A program made the position numbers and the translations under genes. The notes under the pieces were generated by a model. It was given only the letters and a program-made list of their open reading frames with translations, had not been told where the DNA came from and searched no databases. Shown here piece by piece: positions 39,145 through 50,161 of a stretch of DNA of 64,000 nucleotides (position 1 is the stretch's first letter; each line of letters opens with the position of its first letter). The DNA comes from Candidatus Neptunichlamydia sp. GTDB lineage: Bacteria > Chlamydiota > Chlamydiia > Chlamydiales > Simkaniaceae. Where the stretch lies: the NCBI GenBank assembly GCA_965233865.1, contig OZ247587.1:640001-704000 (forward strand), in the 5' to 3' direction.

Positions 39145-41439
39145 ATGAACTTTTACATCGAACCTTCAGTTATTGAAAAATATCCAGAATTGAAAGTGGG
39201 AATCCTTATTTTAAAGGGGATTGAAAACAAAGGGAATGCTGAAGAAATCTCAGAGCTTATGGATGCCACCTTTGGGAAAGTAAAGGCTCACTTTGAAGGA
39301 AAAGAACTCACGAAAGAGCCAAAAATTGCTGACTGGCGAGAAGCTTATAAAGCATTCGGATACAAACCCTCCTCTTACCGATGTTCCGCTGAAGCTCTAC
39401 TGCGACGGGTTATTGGAGGTAAAGAACTCCCGAGCATCAATCCTGTTGTCAACTTATATAACCTTATTTCTGTAAAGTATAGCCTCCCTGCAGGAGCGGA
39501 TGATCTGGACCATATCGATGGCGATATTCGACTTGCTATAGCAAAAGGAGGAGAACCTTTCACAACCCTAGGATCCCGCGAAGAAGCAAAAGCTCAAGAG
39601 GGCGAAATCATTTACCGCGATGATGCCGAAATCTTGTGTAAAGCGTGGAACTGGAGAGAGTGTGATAAGTCTAAAATCACCGAAGAGAGCAATAATATCT
39701 CTCTTGTTATCGAAGGGCTCGAGCATACGCGCCCAGGTGAAGTTGTAAAGGCGTTAAAAGAGCTCAGCACACTCATTCAAAAATATTGTAGCGGAAAAGC
39801 AGAGCTTTATTATCTAGATAAAGAGATTTCTAAAATGTGCGACGCTTCAAATCTTGAGAATCGCATGGTCGCTGTTGATATTCCTGAACCTGCCTACCAC
39901 TCCCACGAGTCATTCAAAACGCGTAAACAAAAGCTTAAAGAAATTCGCAATATGGGAGTGAATCCTTACCCCCATAAGTACGAGCCGACCCATCAAATGC
40001 ACGCCCTGCAAGACAAATACGAAGCCTCGGCCGTTGGAGATAGTGAAACAGCGAGCGCTGGAACAACCGACCTTGTTCGGGTTGCAGGCCGTCTTGTTCT
40101 CTTCCGCGCCATGGGGAAAAATGCATTCAGCCAAGTCCAAGATGAAACCGGGCGAATCCAAGTCATGTTTAACAAAGATCAGACCGAAGTCATCGGTCTT
40201 CCATCTGGAGAATCCCCACTTAAGTTCATTGAAAAAAAGCTTGATCTTGGAGATATTATCGGCATCGAAGGACACTCCTTCCGTACCCAGAAAGGAGAAT
40301 TGACCATCTTTGCAAAAAAAGTCATTCTCCTGTGTAAAACCCTTCTCCCTTTACCTGACAAACATGCCGGACTCGCCGACAAAGGGACTCGCTACCGAAA
40401 AAGATGGCTCGATTTAATTACAAACCCCGAAGCCGTTAAGAGGCTAAAAACACGAAGCTTTCTTGTGTCAAAAATCCGCCGCTATATGGAAGATCTTGAC
40501 TTCATAGAAGTCGAGACCCCAGTCCTTCAAAACATTTATGGCGGTGCAGAAGCACGTCCCTTTGTTTCAGAGCTCAACGCTCTCCACCAGACGATGTATT
40601 TGCGTATTGCCATTGAAATTTCACTAAAAAAGCTCATCGTTGGAGGACTCTCTCGCGTTTTTGAAATTGGAAAAGTCTATCGGAATGAAGGCATCGACCG
40701 GACGCATAACCCTGAGTTCACCATGCTCGAGTCCTATGCAGCTTATTGGGATTATAATGACGTGATGACCATGACTGAAAATCTATTTGCCTACCTCGCT
40801 AAAGAGCTATACGGAACAACTGAAATTGGAATGCGTAAGGATAAACAAGGAAATGAACATCCTATCGATCTGAAAACTCCTTGGAATCGACTCTCGATGA
40901 AAGATGCCATTAAGAAATATGGAAAAGTTGACCCTGATAAACTTTCAGATAGCGACATGAGAGCAAAACTCAAAGGAAAGATTGAAGATGCAAAACTTAA
41001 AAATGCTCCTCGTGGAAAACTCATTGCATTTCTCTTTGAAGAATTTGCAGAACATCATCTAATTCAGCCCCATCATATCATCGACCATCCCATCGAAACC
41101 ACTCCCCTCTGTAAACTCCATCGCGACCCTAAGCTCCGCGAAGAAAAATTTGTCGAACGCTTTGAATCCTTCATCCTCGGTTATGAGTTTTGCAATGCTT
41201 ACTCAGAGCTCAATGACCCTGAGCTTCAGCGACAGCTCTTAGAAGATCAAAACAATCTCCGAGAAGGAGGCGATGACGAGGCAAATCCCATGGATGAAGA
41301 GTTTATTGAAGCAATCTGTCAAGGGATGCCTCCAACTGGGGGGCTTGGGATTGGAATCGACCGCCTTGCTATGCTCTTTACTGACGCTTTTTCTATCCGC
41401 GATGTCGTCTATTTCCCTATGATGCGCCCCGAAGAATAG
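39145..41439 (+). CDS. lysS: Lysyl-tRNA synthetase (class II) with N-terminal B3/B4 editing-like domain
   Basis: N-terminal WREAYKAFG..SAEALLRRV..LPSINPVVNLYN..DLD (B3/4); then OB fold, YRKRWLDL, YRNEGID.THNPEF, GMPPTGGLGIGIDRL. Confidence 0.93.
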   Translation: MNFYIEPSVIEKYPELKVGILILKGIENKGNAEEISELMDATFGKVKAHFEGKELTKEPKIADWREAYKAFGYKPSSYRCSAEALLRRVIGGKELPSINPVVNLYNLISVKYSLPAGADDLDHIDGDIRLAIAKGGEPFTTLGSREEAKAQEGEIIYRDDAEILCKAWNWRECDKSKITEESNNISLVIEGLEHTRPGEVVKALKELSTLIQKYCSGKAELYYLDKEISKMCDASNLENRMVAVDIPEPAYHSHESFKTRKQKLKEIRNMGVNPYPHKYEPTHQMHALQDKYEASAVGDSETASAGTTDLVRVAGRLVLFRAMGKNAFSQVQDETGRIQVMFNKDQTEVIGLPSGESPLKFIEKKLDLGDIIGIEGHSFRTQKGELTIFAKKVILLCKTLLPLPDKHAGLADKGTRYRKRWLDLITNPEAVKRLKTRSFLVSKIRRYMEDLDFIEVETPVLQNIYGGAEARPFVSELNALHQTMYLRIAIEISLKKLIVGGLSRVFEIGKVYRNEGIDRTHNPEFTMLESYAAYWDYNDVMTMTENLFAYLAKELYGTTEIGMRKDKQGNEHPIDLKTPWNRLSMKDAIKKYGKVDPDKLSDSDMRAKLKGKIEDAKLKNAPRGKLIAFLFEEFAEHHLIQPHHIIDHPIETTPLCKLHRDPKLREEKFVERFESFILGYEFCNAYSELNDPELQRQLLEDQNNLREGGDDEANPMDEEFIEAICQGMPPTGGLGIGIDRLAMLFTDAFSIRDVVYFPMMRPEE

Positions 41440-41626
41440 CCTGAGAAAAAGCGATAACGGACAGTTTTTGTTATTTTCGATTTAGGATTCTTGAGAGTGT
41501 TTACTCAAAGAGCATTATAATTTAAGTTGTTTATTATTTATGAGTTAAGTCAAAACTTTCACATCCTGTCATATATGGATATTTTTTATCCTAGAATTTC
41601 TGAAAATTCCTCTATGCAAATTGCTC

Positions 41627-41812
41627 CTACTTTTCTTTTAAAATTTTTTGCCCATTCATTCTTTTGGTTAACACTCTCCCTTCTTTATACGTATGCTCAT
41701 CATACCGAATGGCTGCTTTCTTACTTTTTCTCCCAGGAATTACTAGAGTAATCCTTTTCTCTACTAAGATTTTTCTAAATGGATCACTATCATATCCTCT
41801 GTTAGCAAGCAA
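41627..41812 (-). pseudogene. IS5-family transposase fragment
   Basis: LANRGYDSDPFRKIL...VIPGRKSKK..IRYDEHTYKE. Confidence 0.75.
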
Positions 41813-42047
41813 AAAACTACAACAGAAACTAACTATAGCTAAAATATTTCTTTCTAGTTATACTTTTTTGAATGATATATTCGCTAGATTTTAAAAAACT
41901 TAGCGATCCAAAATAAAACGCTTCAGACATTCTTAGTGCCATGAAGATGACTAGATACTTAAAATCACATGGTTTTTCCTATTTATAACTATATCTAGCC
42001 TGCACGCTGCTAACTTTCTTCTTGATTCAAGGATACGATATTCTACG

Positions 42048-42359
42048 TTGGAAGGAGCAAATTTTGCAGAAATCATTAAGTGGATTAAAGAATTTGATGA
42101 TAAGGACCCCCTTCTAAAAGAAATCCAAAATATATGGCAGGAGAGTCAGGATGATCTGAACAAGGCAGTAGAAACTGTATCCGAAGCTGTTAAGAATCTT
42201 AAAGAAAAGGGTTTTATCGTTATTCCAGGAGGATGGAAATCAGATCCATTTGGTCATGCAATGCTTTATATGTTTCAAAAAGCAGAAATCGACGCTTTGC
42301 GGGAGCCTTATTTAATCAGGAAACAAAAGAAGACTACAAGAAGTTTAGTAGAAACCTAA
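42048..42359 (+). pseudogene. Fragment of a larger hypothetical protein next to the IS3 remnant
   Basis: PGGWKSDPFGHAMLY motif; no convincing start; adjacent to IS scars. Confidence 0.35.
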
Positions 42360-42391
42360 AAAAAGAGGTCACTTGTGCTTTTTTCAAAGAG

Positions 42392-43016
42392 TGATCTTCC
42401 CCCGAAAAATAGGACAATTATGATATAGACTTCTCGAACTTAAAGAGGAGTAAAAGCAAATGAAAAAATTCAATGATGAATTTAAAGGGAATGCGGTCAA
42501 GTTAGTGAGAGAGGAGGGACTGAAGATAGAAGAGGTAGCAAGTGATCTGGGTATAGGTGTTTCTACGCTAAAAGTATGGCTCAGTAAGCATGACCATGGT
42601 CGATTGATTAAGACTGAGAAGCAGGCAAGGGAAATCTTAAAAAAGGCCATGGGCATTTTCTCCTCGATGTCAAAAGCAAATACAGAGCTATGAAGAAATT
42701 GAGAAAGGAATTTCCCATAGAGAAAATGTCGCAAGTCTTTGGAGTGACAAGAAGCGGGTACTACCGCTTCGTGTCATCTCCAAAAGGGAAAAGAGTTCAA
42801 GAAAAAGAGAAGCTTACCGAGGAAGTAGAACAGATTTTTTATGAGCACAAAAAACGATATGGAAGCCCAATAATTTTTATGGAACTGAAGGAAAAAGGGG
42901 TGCACTGTAGTGAAAAGAGAGTTACTAACTCTCTGAAGAAGAACAATTTAGTTGCAAAACAAAGAAAGAAAAGGAAAGAAGTTAGTAGTAAAAGAGAAGA
43001 AGCCGAACTTGCTTAA
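42392..43016 (+). mobile_element. IS3-family remnant (IRL, shortened orfA 42460-42693, truncated orfB 42690-43016)
   Basis: IRL TGATCTTCCCCCGAAAAATAGGACA; orfA FNDEFKGNAVKLV..VASDLGIGVSTL..W; orfB GVTRSGYY, KRYGSP; no integrase core. Confidence 0.85.
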
Positions 43017-43328
43017 CTAGAATTTTACGGCAGATTTTACAAATGCTTTGATCCCGAAGCAAATCTCCTTCTTGCCATTTTCCATAACATATGAGGAGTG
43101 GAAAACATCAACAGAAGAAATTAAACACCAGCTTACCCGTCTTTTAAACAAACAAAATGTTCAGAAGCTTGAAAAAAATGAGTTACCTTTTATTTGCAAA
43201 GAAAAGTGTCACCATCTTTCAAAAGACCAAGCACAGTATATTATGGAAAAATTTATACCAATCATAACAGCTGCAAAAAAGGTGTTGAAGATGTGATCTA
43301 ACAAGGAAGTGTTTATAGTGCTTTAAAT

Positions 43329-44738
43329 TTAAACCACTATAACTCGAGATCCTTCTGGGCTGTCTTCGATTTGATAACCTTGAGAGTGGATGTAGTCTCT
43401 TTGCTTATCAGCCTCGGGCCAGTCTTTATCTGCGCGCGCTGTTTGCCTCTTCTCGAATGCTTCTTGAACATTTGTGGGGATGGAAAGCCTCTCCTCTTTC
43501 AATGGAAGGACACCTAAAACAGCATCGAGTTCTTCAAGAAAGATGAGAATATCTTGAGCCTCATCAAAGGAGATTTTTGAAGCGTCAACAAGAGCATTGA
43601 TAGGTTTGATCATATCAAAAAGTGCAGCTAGTGCAGCTGAGATATTGAGATCATCGCTAAGAGATTCATTAAAGGTTTGACGGGCCTTTTCGATCAAAAC
43701 CTTAGCGGAATTGCCAGCAGGGGCATTTGCAGTGCGGAGGCGGCGGATAAACTCACGGAGACGGTTTAACGTGTGGCGAGAGGCTTCAATCCCTTCAAGT
43801 GTGAAGTTGAGTTGAGTTCGATAGTGGGTTGACAGGAGGAGATAACGCACTTCCACGCCCGTATAGCCTTTATCAAGAAGATCGCGGAGTGTATAAAAAT
43901 TCCTAAGGCTTTTGGACATTTTTTTTCCATTCACAATGAGATGCTCAGCATGAATCCAATGCCGGACAAAATGCTTTCCTGTGCATCCTTCGGACTGCGC
44001 AATTTCATTTTCATGATGAGGGAAAATATTATCAACTCCACCAACGTGGATGTCTATGGTTTCTCCAAGAAGCTTTGTTGCCATTGCAGAGCACTCAACG
44101 TGCCAGCCGGGGCGTCCTTTTCCAAAGGGACTCTCCCAAAAAACATCGCCATCTCTTTCTTCATCGTAGGGTTTCCAAAGGACAAAATCAGAGGCTGATT
44201 TTTTGTCATACTCATCGTCAGAAACGCGCTTGGAAGCTCCCTTTTGGAGGGTATCGAGCTTGAGGTGGGAAAGGCGTCCATATGAGGGAAAGTTTTTAAT
44301 GCTATAGTAGACCCCTCCATCCTTTCCTTGGTAGGCATACCTCTTTTCAATCAGAGCTGCAATCATTGTGATCATTTCAGGGATGTAGTCGGTTGCCGGT
44401 GAGTAAATTTCTACGGGCTCAACATTCAGAGTTTTAAGATCTTCAAAAAAAGCGTCTTTATAGATCTGTGTATGCTCAGCAAGAGGAATTCCTTTTGCCT
44501 TTGCAGCAAGGATGGTTTTATCTTCGACATCGGTGAGGTTCATGACCTGTTTTAAAGGAAAACCAAAATACTTAAGCGAGCGGCGGAGAAGGTCTTCAAA
44601 AACGTAGGTACGAAAGTTGCCAATATGAGCATAGTTATAGACAGTAGGGCCGCAGGTATACATTTTGAGGGTATCTTCCCCTTCACAAAGGGAGATCTCT
44701 TCTTTTGTACGAGTTTCGGTATTAAAGATTCTAAGCAT
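43329..44738 (-). CDS. cysS: Cysteinyl-tRNA synthetase
   Basis: YTCGPTVY, HIGN, GRPGWHVEC, FPHHENE, KMSKS. Confidence 0.97.
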   Translation of the reverse strand: MLRIFNTETRTKEEISLCEGEDTLKMYTCGPTVYNYAHIGNFRTYVFEDLLRRSLKYFGFPLKQVMNLTDVEDKTILAAKAKGIPLAEHTQIYKDAFFEDLKTLNVEPVEIYSPATDYIPEMITMIAALIEKRYAYQGKDGGVYYSIKNFPSYGRLSHLKLDTLQKGASKRVSDDEYDKKSASDFVLWKPYDEERDGDVFWESPFGKGRPGWHVECSAMATKLLGETIDIHVGGVDNIFPHHENEIAQSEGCTGKHFVRHWIHAEHLIVNGKKMSKSLRNFYTLRDLLDKGYTGVEVRYLLLSTHYRTQLNFTLEGIEASRHTLNRLREFIRRLRTANAPAGNSAKVLIEKARQTFNESLSDDLNISAALAALFDMIKPINALVDASKISFDEAQDILIFLEELDAVLGVLPLKEERLSIPTNVQEAFEKRQTARADKDWPEADKQRDYIHSQGYQIEDSPEGSRVIVV

Positions 44739-47469
44739 GCATTTCCTCAATCAGTTCTCGAATCTTTCTGAGCTGAATTTTTCCAGTACCTGTCATGGGG
44801 ATTTTATTGATTTTATAGACTGCTGCAAGTTTGATAATCCGTGCAAACCCAGCCTCTTTAAGAACACCGTTAGCCACATCTTTTTCAAAATCAAAGGTCG
44901 TGAAAAGAACGAGCGTGGGTTTATCTCCCTCTTTAACACCAACTGCAAGCTGTGGCTCCTCTGCATCTGCTTTGATAAGTTCATGTTTAAGCGCATACGC
45001 TGTGATGGCCTCTTCGAGTGCCACCAAACTTACCATTTCTCCTCCAATTTTGACAAAGCGCTTGAGACGCCCGCCTAAAATAAGAGATCCATCTGGCGCA
45101 ATATGTCCAAGGTCACCACTCCGATACCATTTCTTCCCGTCTACTTCTACAAAAGGATTTGGAGCATTTTTGCCAAAGTAACCCTTAAAAACATTGGATC
45201 CTCGAATGCAAATCTCTCCTTGTTGATCGCTCGGAATTCTCTCATCGGTTTCGGGATTAATCATACAAAGCTCAACTCCAGGAGCTGGTTGCCCAACACC
45301 AACGCGAGGGATCCCTTGCCTGTTAATTGTGACAAAGGGAGAACACTCCGTAATCCCATACCCTTCAATCATCTCTTTGTTTCCCCCGAGTCGTTTCACA
45401 TATTCAAAGAGCTCAGGTGTAGCCTTTTCAGCACCAGAAACAAATAGACGAACACTTTTAAGCTGCCGGGGTGTTGCCACTCGAAAGAGGTTGCGATAGA
45501 AGCTGGGAGCACAGCAGAGAATAGTAATCTTTCGATAGAAACAGTCACGGGCCATTCCATGAGAGTCAGTCGGATCAGGTGCATAAAAGACGCGCACACC
45601 TGCTAAAATAGGAAAAAGCCCTGTTGCCGAAAACCCGAAAGAATGGAAAGGAGGAAGAACCCCATATAGAATGTCTTCTTTATAAAAATCCGTACATTGC
45701 AAAGCCTCGCGTTCATTGCTCAGGATATTCTTATGAGAAAGCGGCACTGCCTTAGGATAGCTTTCAGTTCCACTTGTAAAAAGGATCACGGCTGGGTCGT
45801 TTTCCTTGATATTTTGGAGTGCAAATTTTTTGTAGAGAACGGCTTTCTTCTTGCGAGCAAAATAGAGACCTAAAAGCTTGTTCCAAACAGAAACCCCCTG
45901 ACGAAAGTCCTCTAAGAGAACCAAATTTTCTTCAAGGTCCCCAAGCTCTAAAGCATCGACACGCTCTAAAAATCGGCGAGAACTAAGAACCGTTTTAAGT
46001 CCTAATAACTCTTTCGAAAAATTAATACTCCTCTCTCCTGCTGTCCAATTAAGCATCACAGGAATCTTGCCAGAAAAAAGGATGCTCAAGATAATAAGGT
46101 TGCAAGCCATTGTTGAGGGAAGGAGAACTCCTATATATTTGTCAGGCATCTCTTGAAGTTTTCGTGCGATGACAATGATCCCTAATTTGATTTCTTGGTA
46201 ACTCATGATTTTACTCACTTCATCACTGCAAGCCATCGATTTTCCCATACGGCCAGCTGTTTCAAGGAAACACTCTGGAATTGTCTTTCCCTCTGGAAAT
46301 TTCACGTTGGGGCGGAACTCTTCTTTAGGCCATTCATAATGCTTTAGATTCGTCGTATCGATCTTGGGTTTGCTCACACTCCCTTCAACAACAAGAAGAA
46401 GAATATCATAAACGGTTTTCAATGCGCCCGGCTGCGTCGCTTCGACATCGAATCTTTGATCAATAAAAGCATGGATGCTAGCCAAATCCAAAGAATCAAG
46501 ACCGAGATCTCGGGAAAGGTCCATTTCTTCCGTAATTTCTTTGACCCCTGACATCTTTTTTAGCTCTTGATAGAGCTTACTGCGGATATGATCAGGAACG
46601 TCGAGTTCCTTTTTTTCCTGCGGTTTTTTTTCTTCTTTAAGAATGGTGGGCACGACTTTTGAAAAACAACTATATGAAACCAAGCGAAGAGGTTCTGACG
46701 TGACGGTTTCCCCGGATTCAAGAGTGTATTTGTTATACCAATTTTCGAGATATTGATTGAGCTCAAGGCGAGTTCTTCCCTTAGGAAAATCAGTTGGAGC
46801 TCGTTCAAACTCTATTGTGACTTTCCGTCTTGGGGTGTAAAAGATCCAATTTTTTAGGATGATCTTTATTCCTTCTCTGAGCCCTTTCCAAAAATCAGGT
46901 GACTTCTCACTAAGCGCACAAGAAAAGGAGCTCCCCCACAATCCGTTGGTGCGGACCAAAACAACCTTTGTTTCAGGAGAGGAGTTTAGCAGGGAGTGAA
47001 TAAAAGAATTTCCCCCAATGTTTTCATGCCCTTCTCTTTTCAGATGACCCGAAGGATAAATGAGAAAGTTCTCCCCTTTTTTAAGTTCATTTGCAATCGT
47101 GTCTAAACACTTTCCCGCCTGTCGAATCTTCCAAGAGTTGGCAGAAAGTTCAAAGTTAGGCATCGGAAGAGCCCGGATAATGTCCATAAAAAAGCGCGCG
47201 CCACGCAAATAGTAAAAATGCTCGATCACAAGCGCACGGGGATGAAACTTTCGTGCCAAGAGGCTATAGATCGCGATGGGCTCTATTTCTGCAGGATGGT
47301 TCGGAAGAAAAAGGTTCCCCTTTTTTCCCTTCAAAAGATCGAGCCCTTTCACCTCAATTTTATATCTCAGAGAGAGGAGCCTCAAGAGCAAGTAAGATCC
47401 GATCCAAATAAGTACTTTTCGCATTCTAGCCATCATAGCAGGAAGCGGATATAAGAGACTATTATTCAA
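44731..47469 (-). CDS. aas: Acyltransferase / acyl-ACP synthetase (Aas-like)
   Basis: NHPAEIE acyltransferase-like motif, ACP-like LGLDSLD, AMP-binding FTSGTESYPK, YGITE, YRSGD, KIGGEMVSL. Confidence 0.9.
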   Translation of the reverse strand: MNNSLLYPLPAMMARMRKVLIWIGSYLLLRLLSLRYKIEVKGLDLLKGKKGNLFLPNHPAEIEPIAIYSLLARKFHPRALVIEHFYYLRGARFFMDIIRALPMPNFELSANSWKIRQAGKCLDTIANELKKGENFLIYPSGHLKREGHENIGGNSFIHSLLNSSPETKVVLVRTNGLWGSSFSCALSEKSPDFWKGLREGIKIILKNWIFYTPRRKVTIEFERAPTDFPKGRTRLELNQYLENWYNKYTLESGETVTSEPLRLVSYSCFSKVVPTILKEEKKPQEKKELDVPDHIRSKLYQELKKMSGVKEITEEMDLSRDLGLDSLDLASIHAFIDQRFDVEATQPGALKTVYDILLLVVEGSVSKPKIDTTNLKHYEWPKEEFRPNVKFPEGKTIPECFLETAGRMGKSMACSDEVSKIMSYQEIKLGIIVIARKLQEMPDKYIGVLLPSTMACNLIILSILFSGKIPVMLNWTAGERSINFSKELLGLKTVLSSRRFLERVDALELGDLEENLVLLEDFRQGVSVWNKLLGLYFARKKKAVLYKKFALQNIKENDPAVILFTSGTESYPKAVPLSHKNILSNEREALQCTDFYKEDILYGVLPPFHSFGFSATGLFPILAGVRVFYAPDPTDSHGMARDCFYRKITILCCAPSFYRNLFRVATPRQLKSVRLFVSGAEKATPELFEYVKRLGGNKEMIEGYGITECSPFVTINRQGIPRVGVGQPAPGVELCMINPETDERIPSDQQGEICIRGSNVFKGYFGKNAPNPFVEVDGKKWYRSGDLGHIAPDGSLILGGRLKRFVKIGGEMVSLVALEEAITAYALKHELIKADAEEPQLAVGVKEGDKPTLVLFTTFDFEKDVANGVLKEAGFARIIKLAAVYKINKIPMTGTGKIQLRKIRELIEEMHA

Positions 47470-47758
47470 ATTTTTATTTTACTCTAAAAATCATAAGAAG
47501 TTGATTTTAATAGAAATAAATAATAATTACAAATTAATATAGTTGATAAATAAATATAACGTTTATAACATTAAATAATAATCGTTAATGTTATTAATTA
47601 AATTAAATGACAGCATTTTAGCCAACGAGCTCGAGATAACAGAACCGCAGATTTAGAAAATAAGGAGATCGAGTCTTTAAGGAACATTAATTTGACGCGA
47701 AAATACTTTTTTGAGTAATCAACTATGATTACATTTTAAACAAACAAGGAGTAGCATT

Positions 47759-47986
47759 GTGAAAATTGATGGAACAAGAGAACCAATCCGACCTAATACC
47801 GCTCAAACCATGGGTCATGGTTCAGATCAGACAAAAGGTGTTAGTAGTCAGGGGATGGCTAGCAATATAGAAAATATGAAGATTTTTGCTACAAATCAAA
47901 AGCCTCATGATTGGGATATTATTGATAAAGCAAGTAATCCTGGCGCTAATCAAACCGACGCCATGAGAAAGGCCATGCTTAGCTAA
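47759..47986 (+). CDS. Small hypothetical protein
   Basis: 75-aa ORF with AAGGAG RBS upstream of the GTG start. Confidence 0.5.
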   Translation: MKIDGTREPIRPNTAQTMGHGSDQTKGVSSQGMASNIENMKIFATNQKPHDWDIIDKASNPGANQTDAMRKAMLS

Positions 47987-49538
47987 TCTCATTAATCCGC
48001 CAAGACCACTCTCCGCTCTCCCTACGTTCTTCAGACTTAGGGATGCGGAGCATGACATTTACATCTAAGCTCGCAACTCGCGCACCATTTTTTGACATAT
48101 CTACAATTTCAAACTGAGTTTGACCATTCACCACAAACTCCCCTCCTTCTATAGTAAGAGAAATAGGAGCTTGCATTCCCCTTATTCCCCGTAGCATCAA
48201 GTCGCCTACTTCGAAGCTTTTCTGGAGTTCCAAAAATGGCTGTGAATAAATTTGTACCTCAAGCTGATTCATAATACGCTTAGCAGTATCTTCAGATAGC
48301 CGGTGGGTTTCGGTAAGCTCTTTATAGATTTGGTCAATCGTGTAAGGATAACCATCCCGTCCCACTGTGCCGTCATAGGAATGTCCATTCATCGTCAATC
48401 CATTTGCATAATTGCGCTTAAGCTGAGAGATTATCTTTTCCATTGACATGGTGCAATTATTTTTAATCATCTTGTCTGAATAAACAGTATACAATCTCCC
48501 TCGTAAGGAAGTTAGAATTGCTTTATACTCCCCAAGGGTTTGAGCAAGTTCCGGAAGGAAAACCGCAGGTTGCTCTTCACGCTTGTCAACAATCACCTCT
48601 TTCACTCTTTTTATCTTCTGAATTGCAAGAGTATTTTCTTTTGCAAGCGATAGTAAAAGCTCTGCGATACAAAGCGCTGGATGAATACGGTATCTAATTG
48701 GTTCCGTTCCTTTAAGCTGCAAGGTTGGAGCTTGAACACTGCCCATAATCGCCTCGAGTTTTTTAGGAGAGATTTCCTTCCCGTATATCTCGAAGAGGTG
48801 CATAAGATCCGTCGTCATATTCTGCCCTCCACCTCGATCAAAATCATCCTTGCATCCAGTATTTATATACTTGATGGGATAGTCTGTCTTAAGACCCTCA
48901 CGTTGATAATAATAGAGGAGCATGATAAACATTTGCCATTCAGTCGTCTTTTTCTCTTCTGATAATCCCCCATAAATATCGATTCGATCTTGATTCACAT
49001 CGATACGGCCTTCAAAGAACCCCTGATGAATGAACTCGCAGATCTCTCTCATTTTTTCTCTGTATTTTTCGCGATGTTTGAGACGTAAAGGGAGACGGTT
49101 GAGGCGACACCCTTTGGTCTGGTAGAAGGAGTCGATAAGCCGAGCTTTCAACTCTTCAAAAGTCCCTGCTCCTTCTTTAAAAAGGGTATTTTCAATAGCA
49201 TCGAATACTCCTCTTGCAGGAACGATTACCATTTTTTGATCTTCTTTATTAACAAGTCGGGAAGGACCAATTCGAAGATCTTGTCCAGACTGTTTTGTAA
49301 AGGGGACTATTGCAGCCATGCTAGCAGCAAGATAAGCAATAGATGCAGCTGAGTAGGAAAGAGTCGCTCTCTGATTTTCCTTAAAGGGAGTGATTATTTT
49401 TTTAGTCCTTTTTTGCGCAAGCTCGATAGTAAACCGCGTGAGGGACATCAGCGCAGCTGTAACTACAACTGTCTGAAACACTTTTCGAAAACAAATTTGA
49501 TGAAAATGCGCAGGAACCCGATTTTGTACCACTTGCAT
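47979..49538 (-). CDS. Hypothetical protein with CX5R phosphatase-like motif
   Basis: INTGCKDDFDRGG in a 519-aa ORF. Confidence 0.55.
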   Translation of the reverse strand: MQVVQNRVPAHFHQICFRKVFQTVVVTAALMSLTRFTIELAQKRTKKIITPFKENQRATLSYSAASIAYLAASMAAIVPFTKQSGQDLRIGPSRLVNKEDQKMVIVPARGVFDAIENTLFKEGAGTFEELKARLIDSFYQTKGCRLNRLPLRLKHREKYREKMREICEFIHQGFFEGRIDVNQDRIDIYGGLSEEKKTTEWQMFIMLLYYYQREGLKTDYPIKYINTGCKDDFDRGGGQNMTTDLMHLFEIYGKEISPKKLEAIMGSVQAPTLQLKGTEPIRYRIHPALCIAELLLSLAKENTLAIQKIKRVKEVIVDKREEQPAVFLPELAQTLGEYKAILTSLRGRLYTVYSDKMIKNNCTMSMEKIISQLKRNYANGLTMNGHSYDGTVGRDGYPYTIDQIYKELTETHRLSEDTAKRIMNQLEVQIYSQPFLELQKSFEVGDLMLRGIRGMQAPISLTIEGGEFVVNGQTQFEIVDMSKNGARVASLDVNVMLRIPKSEERRESGEWSWRINEIS

Positions 49539-49738
49539 AAGCCAACCTTAATTGGAATGAGATTATATAGAAACAATACATAAAATAAAAATGGAAACAT
49601 AATTTCATATGTTATCGTTGTTTAAAATATCATTTAAGAACCAGTAAAAGTTCTTAAGGGGTGTACCTTAGTTACCTAAATTCTGGACGAGAGTATAGCC
49701 CAAAAAATTATTAATATGAACAGTTAAAGTTTTAGTTA

Positions 49739-50161
49739 TTATTTCTTTAAAAGATCTATCACACGAAGGTATAGCCTGCGCTCTTCTTCAAAGGTGACAT
49801 ATTCGAGTATTTCATTGATAGGAAGCCACTTACCTTCGGAAATTTCCTCTACTTGAAGAGTGTAGTTAGAAGTCACTTCAGCGAGGTAAAAACGAACGGT
49901 TTTATCTACAAGAATCCCCTCATAATGGAATTGGTACTTTTCAACAACATAAGGCGTATCAAGATAACGGATTACATCCATCCCCGTTTCCTCTTTGAGC
50001 TCACGCTCAGCAGCCTCTTTTGGAGATTCTCCTTTCTCTTTGTGTCCCTTAGGGAAGGACCAATGCCCTCCATTGAGATGGCAGACAAGAAAGACTTCCC
50101 AACAGCCTGCACGACATATAAGGGGGACAATCCCGAAACAATAACTCTTAAGCGGTTTCAC
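49739..50161 (-). CDS. NUDIX hydrolase (Ap4A hydrolase-like)
   Basis: WSFPKGHKEKGESPKEAAERELKEETG Nudix box; likely GTG start at 50161 overlapping the fabF end. Confidence 0.9.
   Translation of the reverse strand: MKPLKSYCFGIVPLICRAGCWEVFLVCHLNGGHWSFPKGHKEKGESPKEAAERELKEETGMDVIRYLDTPYVVEKYQFHYEGILVDKTVRFYLAEVTSNYTLQVEEISEGKWLPINEILEYVTFEEERRLYLRVIDLLKK

Noticed and set aside
47470..47750. Very AT-rich stretch as a replication origin
   Set aside because: No DnaA-box cluster or iterons seen; fits a divergent promoter region
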